Below, piece after piece: positions 26,733-39,623 of a stretch of DNA of 64,000 bases. Both the position numbers and the translations under genes were made by a program. The notes beneath the pieces are model-generated. The model had not been told where the DNA came from. It searched no databases and saw only the letters and a list, made by a program, of their open reading frames with translations. Source of the stretch: Amoebophrya sp. A120 (Eukaryota > Protista > Dinoflagellata); contig CAJINV010000005.1 of the NCBI GenBank assembly GCA_905178155.1, positions 6,059,974-6,123,973 of the forward strand, in the 5' to 3' direction. Position 1 is the first letter of the stretch. Each line of letters begins with the position of its first letter.

Positions 26733-29283
26733 CTTTTTTTTGTGTCGGCTGTAATGGGCGTCAGAAGGTACAAAATAGATTCCGACTCCCCTCGATGAGT
26801 CTGAGTGTGAATGTCTATGCCGGCTCTCCTGCTTATTGCAGCGATTGAAATTGATCCATGATATACAACCGACGTCTTCGTCTTGCTAAGCAAACAAGTA
26901 AGAAAATAGCTCCTGCAGATCTTTGAGGAGAAAAAATATCATGTTTATGTTACTTGATGTTCTCGAAGAAGATCCAGATCTTCATCTTTCTTCTGCCATG
27001 CCCATGATCCTCTGCCGCGTATTAAAGGACTACTTTCACTCGCATAAAGATCTTTATGTATTACTTCTAGCTCGGAGCAGGAGCGATTTCCAATCTATTA
27101 ATTTTCCAATCGGAGGCGATCGCAGCAACTTGAACTTGGGAAGAAGATGAACTCATGATCAATGACAATGTGACGATCACCATCTGTTTCAACATTCTGT
27201 AGGAGCCACTTTGCTGCAGCACTTTAGCTGCATGATGATCCTCCGTCCACGACGTTTTTGTTTGCCTCTCGATCTGTGGCTAGTACTCGACGCTCACCGT
27301 GATCTCTGGCTCTTGTTCTCCTGCTCCTGAAAGATGAAGCCACTTGGTCCTCTAGAAGGCACAAGAACATTTTTACACACCATGCGCATCGCCACTCAGG
27401 TAGGCGGGCCCAGAAGGCGCTTCAAGGTTTCATTTTTTCGCATTTTCATCGTGCAAGGGGACGCGCGGGCTTCGCGAACTTTTGTTTTTTGTTTGTTTTT
27501 TCGCAAGAAAAGAAAGCGAGACGTCGAAGGCAAAAAAGGAAGCAATTGTGTTCTTCTATTGGTTCGCGTGGACGATTCTTATTCTGTCGTTCTAGAAGTT
27601 AATGTTAAAGTTTGGCGGGTGCATTTTTTGAATTTAGTTCTTGATGTTACTAGCAGATTTGGATAGTGGAAACTTTCACATGATAGCGTATCTTTTTGAC
27701 TTTCTAACAACGGAATTTGCAGCTCGGTATCAAAACTCGTTCTTCATTCACGCGGGTGCGGGATTTTTTCTCGGATAACTCAGAAACATCTCGTAAAAAT
27801 GGGAACAGGGGCTGCACGACTTGAAATATCTCTCTTCTCGTGCTAAAACTAAGGGTTAGACCACTCAAACGTAAAGGTGGATTATCTTCTCTTCATCTAG
27901 TACTCTCTTGTCACTCTCACTCTTCTTGCTGTAATATCTTGTTCTGTGAGGCTTTTATTTATGTCATTCTAACGAGCAAACTAGCTCGTCTAGCGAAAAA
28001 GAAAAACGAAAATCATACGTAAGAAGGGCAGATCCTGGCTTTGATTTTCATCAGAGAGTGATTCCTACGAAAACTTTAATTTCTACGAAATTTGCGGTTG
28101 GAAGTCTCCGCTGAGGTAAAAAAAGCGTGCAAGGAGCGGGCGACCCGTTCCTCTCTCAATCAATCCCGGATTAGCAACAACCGGGGTTGCACAGGTCAAC
28201 ACCGCAGACCTATCATATTGAAAAGCGCCCTACTCCTAGTACCGTCTCCGTCAGAAATACCAGAAACCAATATTATATTCTGTTTCTAGATGCAAATTAA
28301 TTTGCAGCGAATAAAAACGGAACTTTATTATCTTGCATGAAGAAACTCAAACTAGGATTGCATCCTCAAAGCATCTCAATCTCTTACATATACAAGCCCA
28401 GCTGTTGTTGCGGGGAGGTGTTTCGGCAACACAGTAGATTTTTTGGGCCACCTATTTTTTTGTCCTGAGGACGAATCACGAAATTTACACAAAGTACGAG
28501 TTGGACGATAACGAAATTTACACAAATTACGAAGGAGCACGACCAGGTGTTGAACGAAACAGATTGTGATTGAAGTAAGAAGAAAGCAGCGGAAATCTTG
28601 CTTCTCGCGATTACGAATCTTTCTATCTTTCGAACAACTGCCTGTTGCCCGAAAGGCAAAGGACCCCGACCAATAGCCCACATTAAAGAACGTCGCACAG
28701 GGTCTAAATAATCAAGCATACTCATCCTGCGTGCTGGGGTTTCCGCAAAAATCGTTTTCGTTTCTGCACTGGGCCTAAGCCAATGATCTTTTCGACGAGT
28801 TCTGTTTCTTTTTTGTATAAAGTGAATCCAAATCCTTTGAGAGTCGTGTGAGCGGATAAAGAATTTGACGCTGGCAAAATGCAATGCTGTGCTTCTGGTT
28901 TTAGGGGGTGAAACGGGGGAGAAAGTATGCGCTAAAATCGAAGGAAATCTTCATGAACTATCAAAATTATAAAGGAGCAGGCAGGGGTTCTGCCTCTCCT
29001 GCACGACATGCTCTGTTCAAGAACATAGACATAATTACATTTGATGAAGCACTAGCACTTTGTTCTGCCTCTAGTATTATCGGGACCACGTGTATGTATC
29101 GTACAAGTACGTCTTTCTTTTTTGTAAATAAATCGAAATCCTTTTTTGTATAAAGAGAAACAATTCCTACCCGATGTTGAAAGCGGGCGCCGGGATGCAG
29201 GTTCCGTCGCCGGGATTTATGCACGTTTGTTCCTTGTCTAATTGACGACCGCCGGTATGCATGTGTTGTCGTCGGCATTGTAC

Positions 29284-29537
29284 TATCAACTGCAAAAATG
29301 TCTGGGTCTGGAAACTTGTGATGCAAGAAAGGGAGTAGTGAACTCACTATAATGCGCTGCCAAGCATGACAAGTTTCTTCCATGGCTCTGAGTTGCGTAC
29401 TCCGCATGAGAAACCGCGTTTTTGCATGACAGGGAGGAGGAGCTCTTCGCGGCCATGCAACGGAGAGCTCAGAGTCATGCCAGACAAGCATGACAAATCT
29501 CGCAATCTCCCAGACCCAGACATTTTTGCATTTGATA
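29284..29537. mobile_element. Family A element, host gene unclear
   Basis: About 28-bp TIR; TSD tgtac. Confidence 0.9.
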
Positions 29538-30488
29538 TGTACTGGCACGCGCCACCGGACTCTTGCACGCACTATACCTGGGAAAGAAATATGTCTGGGT
29601 CCTCTGGAAGATGAGAAGTGCAAGGCTCTTTGTCAACATGATCGATGGTCAACTACATGATCTCGTGGTGGACCACACAGCTGGTCGGGAATGGACACAG
29701 AAGCATGATCACAGGTTATTTTTCTGCTCGAGCTTCCGAGTAAAATCAAACTAGGAACCCTAAACGACCTAAACCCTGAAACCCTGGGAGAACCGGCCGC
29801 GACGGACGCCCATCTTGCCACGTGCGTCCCTACATGCATAGTTTTTTGAAAAAGAAAAGCAAAAAGAGAAGGATGAAGAAAAAAATCGAGCGAGGCGAGC
29901 GAATCTCTCGGCGGCCTATGAAGGACAATCCAGTGGCCAGCCGGAAGTCCAACACAGTAGGGCTTCAGCTGCGCTGGCTCTAAACCTGTACATAGTACAG
30001 ACCTACGTACGTATGCGCCACACCTTCTCTCATCCGAGTACAAGACTCGTCCGAAGCTCAAGCAAAGCGAGAAAAAAGAAAGACGCAAGCGAGGCGCGAT
30101 TCTACTCGGGCATGCGAATCAGGTAGAAGAAGGAAACCGAAAAAGGCGAGCTTGTCCGAGGACCGAAAAGGCATATCTCATCCTCACAAAGCCGAAACTC
30201 AAATCCCTCGGCTTCACAAGGCACATGTAAACGAGCACGAACAAGACGACGACTGCGATCAGCCCAAAGGCGAGACGTTTTCTGCTCGAGCTTCCTAGTA
30301 AAAATGCCTATAATCGTCCCGCATGATGAGAAAGAGAAATTCGCCCATTACGCGTAGCAAGGCAGTACCATAATTACGCAAGAAGATTTTCGGCGCTCAT
30401 CATGCAACACAGATTTATTCATTTTTGAACGGTCCAGCAGACGCAGCGAGCATGACCAAAAGTTGCATCCTTCGAGAAGATCCAGCCA

Positions 30489-31988
30489 TCATATGTGCAA
30501 TTTGCATATGCAGCCCATATTGACGGGATCATATTTTTGCTCCAGCGCGGCGCAGTCCATGCACTGCTTCGCGTCAAAGTCCCACTTCCAACTTCCGTAG
30601 TTGGCGGGGTCCATTTTCAACGGTTGGTCTGACCAAGCACACTTTTGCTCGGTCGCAGCATTGCACGCATCCTTGTCTGCCAACTGGCGGCACGCGGTGC
30701 TTTGTCTGTCCCCGCCGCCGCCGGCCGAACCCTCTCCATCCGTTATCAAAATGAAAAATGATCCCCCCTCCCCATATCATGCTGGATCTGTGTACACAAA
30801 TGCGCTTTGTATTGCAGGAAGGCACTGCGGCCAGATACCCAGCCTAAGCAGAGGCGTCTGGGTCTAGTTGTTCAGCATGGCAAACGGCTCCCCTTTAGGC
30901 CAAACAGCATGACAAACGGCTTCCATAATGGGGCGGCAGCTTCTGCCCTTGTCTTCTTGCAACACAAATGTGATCTGTGGCCTCAAATCAGCAACACAAA
31001 TATTCGGAAACGTACCTTTTCAATATGGGGAGGGGGAGTTTTTCCTTTCGATATCCGCAGGGGCTCCGCTACTCGGCTCCCGCGGTGGTTCCTCGGCGCC
31101 GGCGCCCGCCGTGCTCCCGGTTCCCCCGTGGCTTGAACCTCCCGCGTGGTCGCGAGTGTCAGTCGTCGTCGAATTGCTCGAGGCGCCGGATGAATCCGTA
31201 CTATCACCGGAGCAACCAACCTTTTAATATCCAGTGCAAAAGTATCGCTCTCGTACTAATTGCACTTATGCATCCCGTTCCCAAGCAAGGTATTAAATCA
31301 GCATGACAAATTCCAACTGTCATCATGCTGAGCGAATTTGTATTGCAATCACTACTAGTACGATGCTTTTGCAGTGCATAGCTTTTCCTTCTTGGCGAAA
31401 ACCTTCTGCAAGAAAGCCTTTTTTCCGGACGGGCGAACATGCTGGTTCAACGAGGACATGGAGCTTTGTCCTTGCTTCAAAGGACGAGGGACGACCGGGA
31501 CGGCGTGGCGCCCGTTGTGCTTGTGCGCAGACACCACCTGATGTGTGTGTTGAGTAAGTAGTTAGTTTAATGTTGGGGATGAGATTAAGATGACCAAGAA
31601 GGGGCGATCTACAAAATTTTTATTTTGTCCCCGCGTGTAGTAGTGCTTGAAAGGGGATCGGGATTGAGGTTGACAGTAAGCGTATGCGTAGCGCACAACA
31701 AATTGCAAAAGCCAAAGTTCTCGTCCTCATGTTGTTGCAGTTGCTTTCACACAGGCACCAACAGGAGCTACTACAACCGCTCATACTACAACTCATCTAC
31801 CCTCTGGAAACATCATCATCCTCCGGATTTTTATGCAGTGCCGGCCCTGGTAGTGAGAACTGAAAGACTTACAACTAGTGCGCTTTTCCTTCTTTTCTAC
31901 AACTACAGCACGACTGTACTACCTGGTGCGGCCCTTGCAACGGCGCACAGGCTCCTGCGATGAGGAACGACCGGGCTGCGAGCGACAT
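30489..31988 (-). CDS. Hypothetical Ser/Gly-rich, Cys-containing protein; 3' end unresolved
   Basis: MSLAARSFLIAGACAPLQGPHQ, GT-AG intron 31538-31922, then VVSAHKH. Two introners restore the frame to ...GAPADGEGS...DKDACNAATEQKCAW. Confidence 0.55.
30744..31053. mobile_element. Introner family H
   Basis: TIR with cccctccccatat; TSD tccgt/tccgc; APA|DGE. Confidence 0.9.
31228..31380. mobile_element. Introner family B with offset direct repeat
   Basis: ctttt at 31221-31225 and 31382-31386. Confidence 0.85.
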
Positions 31989-33099
31989 GTTGGGAAGGAC
32001 AGGAGGGGAGAGAAGAAAATGCAGTCTACTTTGTCTCCTGATTCACTGGTTGTTTTTCACCGAGCCTCTTTTACTACTTGGCTATCTAGCTTTTGCCTCT
32101 ACCAAACGGCGTCGAGTGAACTTCAACGTGTCTGGTACGTACTGCTCGTCGAGTGGAAACTTAAAATTCCGGGGTGTGGTACAACTAGTAAGTACTGCAA
32201 TAATTATTCCTGGGTAGAAGATGAGGAAGCAAATCTACTTAAAATTCTTCACTTTTATCCTTTTCGTGCCGTAGCGGAGATTCGAATTATTCCGGGACGA
32301 AAGCACGAAGTTGCAATAGCCGAAAGTTTCACGACACGTTGATGTAAAACGCTTTTTCATTTGGACGAGTCCCACTTTTGGTTTTGATGTCATCGAAGCT
32401 AACAACATAATTTTAGGCCAGACAGGCAGAAACTGAAACGAACGTGTTTCTTTGATCAAGACGCGACGTTCGTAAAACCGATACCGAAGGTGTGGGTCAG
32501 GAGCTGCAACAGACACGACTTCTTCGCCCACCTTAACCGAACTGGCCACCGAGGCGCCGCCAATGGTAAGTTATTTCCAACAACCGCCGCCTTGATGACA
32601 GCATCATCATCGCGCGCGTGAAAGAGTCCTCAAGGTAATGTCTTTCTTTTGCAGTCAACATGCGAAACAAAAAGGACGATCTTTTCGACGAGTTGCTCTT
32701 ACTTAATATTACGGTTGAATTTTTGAAAAAGAAAAGTGGAACATGAAAAAGTAAAAAATTATACGCATGGATCTTTTCTGTGTGTTGGCGAAACGGGGAA
32801 GTAATAGTACTAGTATATGTACTGGAAGTCGATAAACTACATAAAACCTGTATGATGAAGTATGAATACTGTTCATGAGTAGGCAGCGGAACTGCACGAC
32901 AAAACGCACTCTTGCATAGCAGTAAAAATGAGTTCATATCGGAATCGGGGTCATGCTGCTCGGAAAAAAAAACGTAGTGTGGAATGATTTCATCGGAGCG
33001 TTCACGTTGTGCTTGTGGTGCTGCGCTTAGAAAGTACGTAAGTAGCAGCTACCAGGAGAGACAAATGCCCCTTCTCACTCGCGGCCGTCACTTCTGATC

Positions 33100-35092
33100 T
33101 CACGCCGCCGCCTTCCCCTCTAGAATTTCCACGGCAGCACTGATTTTAATATTTGGGAGCTCATTTTCCAAACTTGTCGTATCGTTGTACTCCGTCGCCT
33201 TATTGTCCGCCCCGTAACCGAATATGACGGGCATGAGTCGCTCGACAACGTGGGCGCACTCGCTTCCGAAGCTATCACCGGCCGAGCATTCCTGGCCCAC
33301 CTCCCGGTAGAGTTCCTTCTTCCTCTGCAGCAGGAGGACGCTCGTGGTGGACTGGGCGCCGTTCATTCCCGAGAAGTAGGTCCCGACCTCTTCCCAGGCC
33401 GGCTCCCGGATCCACGATTCGTACCAGGAGCGCAAGTTCATCGGCATCGGATCCACGATCGTACCGTTCGGCGACACCGGGGGACGAAACCGGGCCCGGG
33501 CCATCTTATGTCCGTTGTACTCCGCGATGGAAAAGGAGCCTGCATCGGCCAAATACCCAACAGGTTCCCAATGCGCCGACGGAAAATTGTAGTGATTGAA
33601 GTAGGCCCGCGACTTCCCCACCGAGAGCGGATCCTGGCGAAAGGCGTTCCGAATTGTGTTAATTCGCTCCTTGTGGTGGTTGAAACAGGGAAACGGCAGG
33701 TAATGCAGACGGAGATAAGGCGACGCGCTTGCAGATCTGTTACGAGCAACTTCTTGCTCTTCGTCCACGGTGATAGCGCTTGGTCCCAATTGCTCCGAAG
33801 GTGAAGTCTGCAGAGGGTACAGTGCCTGGATCTCGTCGTACTTTTCGTACGTGTAATTTGCAAAGGACGCCATCTCGCGACCGAGATTCGGCTGCTCCGT
33901 GCAGACGACCCGTCCGCCGCCGCTCCAGCGCGTAGCGGTGACGTCACTGCGGCCCGCCCAAAACCGCCCCGCCTGTGTCCCGACAAAGTGGTCGCAGGGC
34001 CCGCCTTGGCGGAATTTCGCTGCTGACAGGTGCCTCAGTGCGGTCGAGGTCGTTGAAGCTGTGGCCGCAGTCTCAGGCCCTAGTAAAAAATCATCGTCCT
34101 TCATGAGCAAATGCAGCTGGCAGCTCATGTTTTCCGTCTCCTCCAGTAGTTGTATGAGTTCCCGCTTCGCTGACTCCGAGTAAAAGTCGTCGACATAGAA
34201 CGCAACAATCAGCCAGCACGGGTACAGCTTCTTCTGCGGTGCCGGGAGCAAAGTAGCAGTGGCATTAGAAATACTTGCACTGGTCCTACTTTTCGCTGCG
34301 TGTCGTGACCCTACCGATTCTTGCTCCGGCGCAAGTCGTCCCCGGCCTGAAGATAATTCTAGTACGGTTTCGTTCGCCGCGGCGCGACCACCAGCAGTAG
34401 TTGTACCATGACGACCAGCGGAACGACCCGAAAATGAAACTCGTTTCTTCGCGAAAAACTTCTGCAAGAACGCGACAGGCTTTATTTCGTTTTTGTTTCC
34501 CGAGGCGGGGGGGGGGCGCGCTTCGTGGTCCCAACGGGCCACGTCGCTTGTGCTGTACTAGCGTAGACGAAGTTGTCGTGGAGCCTTGTCCTTGCTTCAA
34601 AGGAGAGACGACCGGGAGGACGCGGCCCTTCTTGTTGACCCTGTGCGCAGACACAACCTGATGTGTGTGTGTGTGTTAAGTAAGTACTATGGTCTTAGTT
34701 TAATGTTGGGGCTAAGAGAAGGGTCGATTTACAAAGTTTTTAATTTGTTCTCGCGTGTACATAGTAGTGCTTGAAGGGGGATCGGGATTGACGTTGGCAG
34801 TAAGTGTATGTGTAGCGCACAACAAATTGCAAAAGCCAACGTTCTCCTCATGTTGTTGCAGTTGCTGTTAAACACAAACAGGAAGCAGGCGCTACTAGTA
34901 CAACCGCTCATACTACAACTCTACTCTCTGGAAACATCATCATCGTCCCACGATCTATGCAGTGCCAGGCCTGGTATTAAGAACTGAAATACTTACAACA
35001 AGTGCACAGCAGGACTGTACATCTACCTGGTGAGGTCCTTTCCACGGCGCACAGGCCCCTGCAATGAAGAACGACCGGGCTGCGAGCGACAT
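33100..35092 (-). CDS. DUF3431-like protein with duplicated N- and C-terminal segments; frameshift at G10 run near 34507-34516
   Basis: NLGREMASF..Y..YD and HVVERLMPVIFG resemble DUF3431 motifs (from memory). First exon MSLAARSFFIAG, GT-AG intron 34658-35026. Confidence 0.55.
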
Positions 35093-36084
35093 GTTGATGA
35101 AAGGTGGCTCAGGTCCTCTTGAGGGATGGCGAAAGAGACGAGGGGAGGGAAGAAAATGCGGTCTTTGTCTCGTTATCCACTGGTTGTCTTATTTCAATTC
35201 AGTGAGCGTCTCTAACTACTTGGCTATCCAAACGGCGTCGAGTGATCTTCAACGTGTCGGGTACTGGAGTGGCAACTTAAAATTCCGGGGTTGTGTGGTA
35301 AGTACTGCAATAATTCCTGGGTAAAAAAAGCAAATCTACTTGATCTTCACTTTTATGTACCTCTACCTTTTTCGTGCGATAAGAAAGATTCGGATTCCAG
35401 AACGAAAGCACGAAGTTGCAATAGTAGACGAGTTGTAAAACGGTTTTTTATTTGGACGAGTCCGACTTTGTTTGTCATGGAAACTAACGTTCGGTCCGCC
35501 AGGCAGACACGATGAACGAACGTGTTTGAAGATGCAGACGACACGGAAAACCGAAAAAAAAGGCTCAACTACAGCAGCATAGAAACCACTCACGCATGAG
35601 AGATGAACGCCCGTAGCAGGCACTTCTACCGTGGTACGTGCTAGCTTGCTACCACAAAACCGACGGTGACAGAAACGAAATCAGAGTTGTACCGAGTAAA
35701 GTTGGAACGAATTTCGTAAAAATAAACGAAACGAAAACGGTTCAACCGAGCGACGGAAACAAAACATAATTTTTATATGAGCACAAACAAAATAAAGCTC
35801 AGCGGAGCCATCCGGAGGATGAAAGGCTGAGGCTTACGTGTTTATCACACAAATCGAGGACGTCGGGACGAAGGCAGAAATTTTTTTGACTCAATTCGAA
35901 TTGAACGTGTTGGTGTTCATCGACGTCAGACTTCTATCTTCGATTGTTCGGAAAAAATGTAAGTAGTTTGGTTTTGCATTGATTTCATGGAGCGTTCTTG
36001 TGCTGCGCTCAGCAAACAGGAGCTGCAAGGAGAAACAAATACCCCTTGTTCTCCCTCGCCGCTGCTACTACTTCTGATCTCACG

Positions 36085-36177
36085 TATTCCCTGAAAATGA
36101 AGCATCCCCATCCAATTCTTGCATGTTTTGCATGACAAAGAAATTGGATGTTGGGGATGGTAAATTTATAGGGAATA
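36085..36177. mobile_element. Family F-like element at a stop codon
   Basis: tattccct...agggaata; repeat tcacg at 36080-36084 and 36181-36185; absent from the paralogous site near 33100. Confidence 0.85.
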
Positions 36178-36180
36178 TGA

Positions 36181-39100
36181 TCACGCCGCCGTCTCCCCCT
36201 CTAAAATTTCCACGGCATTTTTCAGCCCCTCAATCTCCTCCTCCCGCCGTTTCTGCCGTTCCTCAAACGAATCCGCCTTGGTTTCACACTCCTCCTTAAT
36301 TTTCGCCACGTATTCCAAAGCCGCGTCCTCTATCCAGGAGAAAACACCCATCCCCATCCACTTTGTCATGCAAAACATGCATAAGCTCCAGTGTTTGCCA
36401 TGCAAAAAATGGATGGGGATGGATGTTTTTCCTGGATATCCTCCGCCTTCACCGCATTGGTTTCATCCTGCTCCGCGTCGTTGATTCCCGTGTTTAACTG
36501 TTCAATTTCTCCCTGGTAACCCTTAATCGTCTGCTTCGTCGTGGCCATATGGAAGCGTCAGGATTGAAATCGTCAAAGTTGAAAATAAAATTTTTGTATT
36601 GCATAAAACGCAATGCACAAGGTGCCTGTCTTGCAAGGGTGGCAAGCGAGGCCGACTGTAAGCCTGTTTGGGGTCTGCGATAGAGCTGCTAAAGCAGCAT
36701 AACCAAAGCAGTCTTCTCTGTCCAAGCAGCATGACAAATTGGATTTCAATACTGCCAAAATTTGTCATGCGCCACTTGAAACCTGTGTTCCAACTGGCAT
36801 CCATCTGATGCATGGCAAATCATTTCAACTTTGACGATTTCAATCCTGACAGATCCATATGCCAGTTCGACTTTGTAATCCTGCGTTTTCTGTTCAAACT
36901 GGGACTTCAACGACTGTTCTAAATTCTGCACGTCAATTTTGGACTTCGCGAAATCCGCCTCCGCGGTTTCCAACAGCGCGATCACCGAATCGGCCACGTT
37001 GGTGGTGGACACCCGGGACTTCGTACTCGTTTGCATCTCTGTGTTAGAACTTTCCTGCAACAACAAGGCCGATTCCGTCCCCTCGGCGAAGTACTCCTGC
37101 AAAACCTGGATCGCCTTCCCGCACGCTTCTTCGTTCGCCATCGCGGTCGCGATCTCCTCCTCGTTTTGCTTCTTGTTTTTCGCCCGCATGGCGGTGATTT
37201 GCTCGACATCCGCGTTGATCTCTTCGATTCTCTTCTCCAGTTGTGAAATCGTTTTCTCCAATTTCGGATGCATGGCAAAAGTACCGTACTCGTAGAGGTA
37301 GAAATCGCAGCTATCGTGCCCATGCATCACAGATCTATCTTGGTGCGCTAACCAGCATTACAAATTTCCTTTTTCATGCTGACCAAATTATTTGTGATGC
37401 GATTTCTACTAGTACGAAAAAAAAATTTTGGAAGGCATATTTCGTCTTGTCTGCCATCGCTTTCTCTTTCCGCATGGTGAGTTTCTCGCGTTCCTGCTGC
37501 TTTTTCTTCAAGTCCTTCTGCCCCTTCGCAGATTCTTTTTTGCAGTACGCGTTCTTGTCGTTTTCTTCCGCCGTTTATGAGAGTGCACAAGAACTCCCCC
37601 CCCCCTCGTCATTTGTCACGCAAAATACCAACCCCAAGCGCTGCTGCGTGGTACTGTTTGCATGACAGATTCCGGAAACCCAAACAGTACTACAATAGAC
37701 GCATGAACTTGTCATGCACAGGCTCCACAGGTGGTGGGGGTGTCTGTATTGCTTTCCATACAATTACAAATGAGGAGGAGGGGGAGTTGCACACTGTCAT
37801 ACCATTTCTTTCTCTAATTTCCCAATCATGTTCGAGATCATCTGTTTCACCTTCCCAAACGGGTCCTCCGCAATGCGGATGGAGAGCTGGTACAGTTGCG
37901 TTTGCGTTTGGCTCGTCTGTTTGCTACTATTTCCATTTGATGTTCTTCCGCTTTGCTCCTGCTGCAGCCACTTCGCAGCCAGTTTCTGCAGGTAGATGCT
38001 CGCAGCGGTCTGTCGCTGCAGCTGTTCGGTTGTCGACTTTATTTGCGCTTTGGTGCCGCTAGTGAGTTGTGTTCTTGCCTGGACTTGCAGGAAAGATGAT
38101 ACCGCAGCGCCTGCTAGTTGATGTCCATCAAGAACTACATCACTACTGCTTTCTTGCAAGAAATCGGGTGCATTCTGCAAAATCTCCATTGCCGTGTTGA
38201 GCGCCTTTAACTCCGCAGCGAAATCCTCCTGTTCCTCGTGGAACTCCTTCGTCGCAATCCGGCACTTATGCTGTGCAAAAGTATCGCACTCGTATAAATG
38301 GCGCAGATCTTGCATTACAAATTTCTTTATCAAGGCAAATCAGCATTACAAATTTTATTTCTCATGCTAAGGAAATTTGAATGCATTTATACGAGTGCGA
38401 TACTTTTGCAGTTCATAGCACTTCGTTTCCGAGTCCTCCAATGTTTTCAAACACTTTTTGACTTCCTCCTCCAACACCGCAATCTTCTCTTCTGCCTTCG
38501 CCAGCTTCTCTTCATTCGTCGCTTTTTTCGTTTTTTCCCGCTCGATCAGCGTTTTAAGATTTGCGACGTTGTTGGTTAGTTGTTGAATCAACAATTGCTT
38601 CTTCATCGAGTTCTCGGACCATTCCTGTTGCCTTTGGTTCTTACTCGCGATTTCGTCTTGCAGGAACTTTTCAAACAGGTCATATCACAGGAAAAAGTGT
38701 TACCGTTAACGGAATAGAATTTGTGATGCAGCAATGCATCACAAAACGTGTCAGAATTTGTCATGCGTGGCATGCATATTGGGCTACATTTGTGATGCCT
38801 GACTGCAATCTGTGACAACCGTTAACGTTAACACTTTTTCTTGCGATAAGTCAATGACCCCACTCATCCCGGAATCCGTGTCCAACCCTTTATCGACCGC
38901 TTGGGGCTGCTGGAGAAGTAAAGCGCTGTACTTTTCCTGTTTTTTCAGCGAAACAGACGATGCTTTGGTGATCGCGGAGAGAGCGACTTGGACCGAATCT
39001 AATGCTTTCTCCTGGAGTTGCAGGAAGGATTTCTTTTCGCCAGATCCCCCTTCTTCCTCCGACGTACTACTTTTCGCCTGCTTCATCGTCAGCGCCCGAA

Positions 39101-39623
39101 TCGCCCGTCGCACCATGTCGATGGTTTGGCTGGACTCTTTGTCCAGTTTTGCAAACTCTTGCTTCTCTTCCCCGAAAAGCTGTTTCTCACTCGCGAGCTG
39201 CTTCGTCACCTGTTGTTCCTTTTCTGATGTTGCGGAGATCACACTTCCAGCCTTTTCCACTAGAGATGATGCCTCCTGCTTATCCGCTTTTTGGGTTTTC
39301 AAACTTGTCTTCAAAACAGCGAGCTCCTTCTGTTCCTGGATTTTCGTTTGTTCGCATTCCTGCTCGAGTTCATCCTGCTCTTCCCTGGCAATTTTCGACT
39401 CTTTCTCTGACTGCTGCCGCATACCTTCCAACATCTTGATAACAGGCGCAATGCTGCCGCCGGGCTTGGTGGTCAGGGTGGCTTCGGTTGTTTGAAGCAA
39501 GAAAACACATGTTGCCGCGGCCAAGGAGCAAGCAACGGAACCACGACGAAACGAAGACATGGCGGTCATCTTCTTTGCTCCTAATGCTGGCCGATTCATA
39601 CCACCAGGTCGTGGGGGCGACAT
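36181..39623 (-). CDS. Secreted coiled-coil protein of the dinoflagellate SFLQ-motif type (possibly trichocyst-matrix-like)
   Basis: Hydrophobic leader, SFLQ motifs, DPFGKVKQMISNMIGKLE, FEERQKRREEEIEGLKNAVEIL. Six introners each restore the frame. Confidence 0.7.
36331..36438. mobile_element. Introner family F
   Basis: TSD tcctc; AED|AAL. Confidence 0.93.
36548..36859. mobile_element. Introner family C
   Basis: TSD ggcca/tgcca; ELA|TTK. Confidence 0.9.
37267..37439. mobile_element. Degenerate introner family B
   Basis: TSD tttcg; KTK|LEK; left end GA instead of TA. Confidence 0.85.
37576..37801. mobile_element. Introner family I
   Basis: TIR tatga.agtg..caa..ctccccc; TSD ccgtt/ccatt; KEM|AEE. 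Confidence 0.88.
38267..38417. mobile_element. Introner family B
   Basis: TSD gcact; TKC|RIA. Confidence 0.93.
38683..38848. mobile_element. Introner family J
   Basis: TIR tatc.ca.gaaaaagtgtta.cgttaacgg; TSD ggtca/agtca; VID|LFE. Confidence 0.9.

Larger units (their letters stand above)
31390..36220. repeat. Diverged segmental duplication, about 31390-33140 versus 34440-36220 (patchy in the middle)
   Basis: Shared first exons, introns, upstream DNA and AVEILEG C-terminus. Confidence 0.85.

Noticed and set aside
28376-29623. Genes in ORFs 28384-28884 and 28967-29623
   Set aside because: No recognisable motifs and the longer ORF reads through an element. A short Cys-rich exon near 29238-29571 is possible but unsupported.
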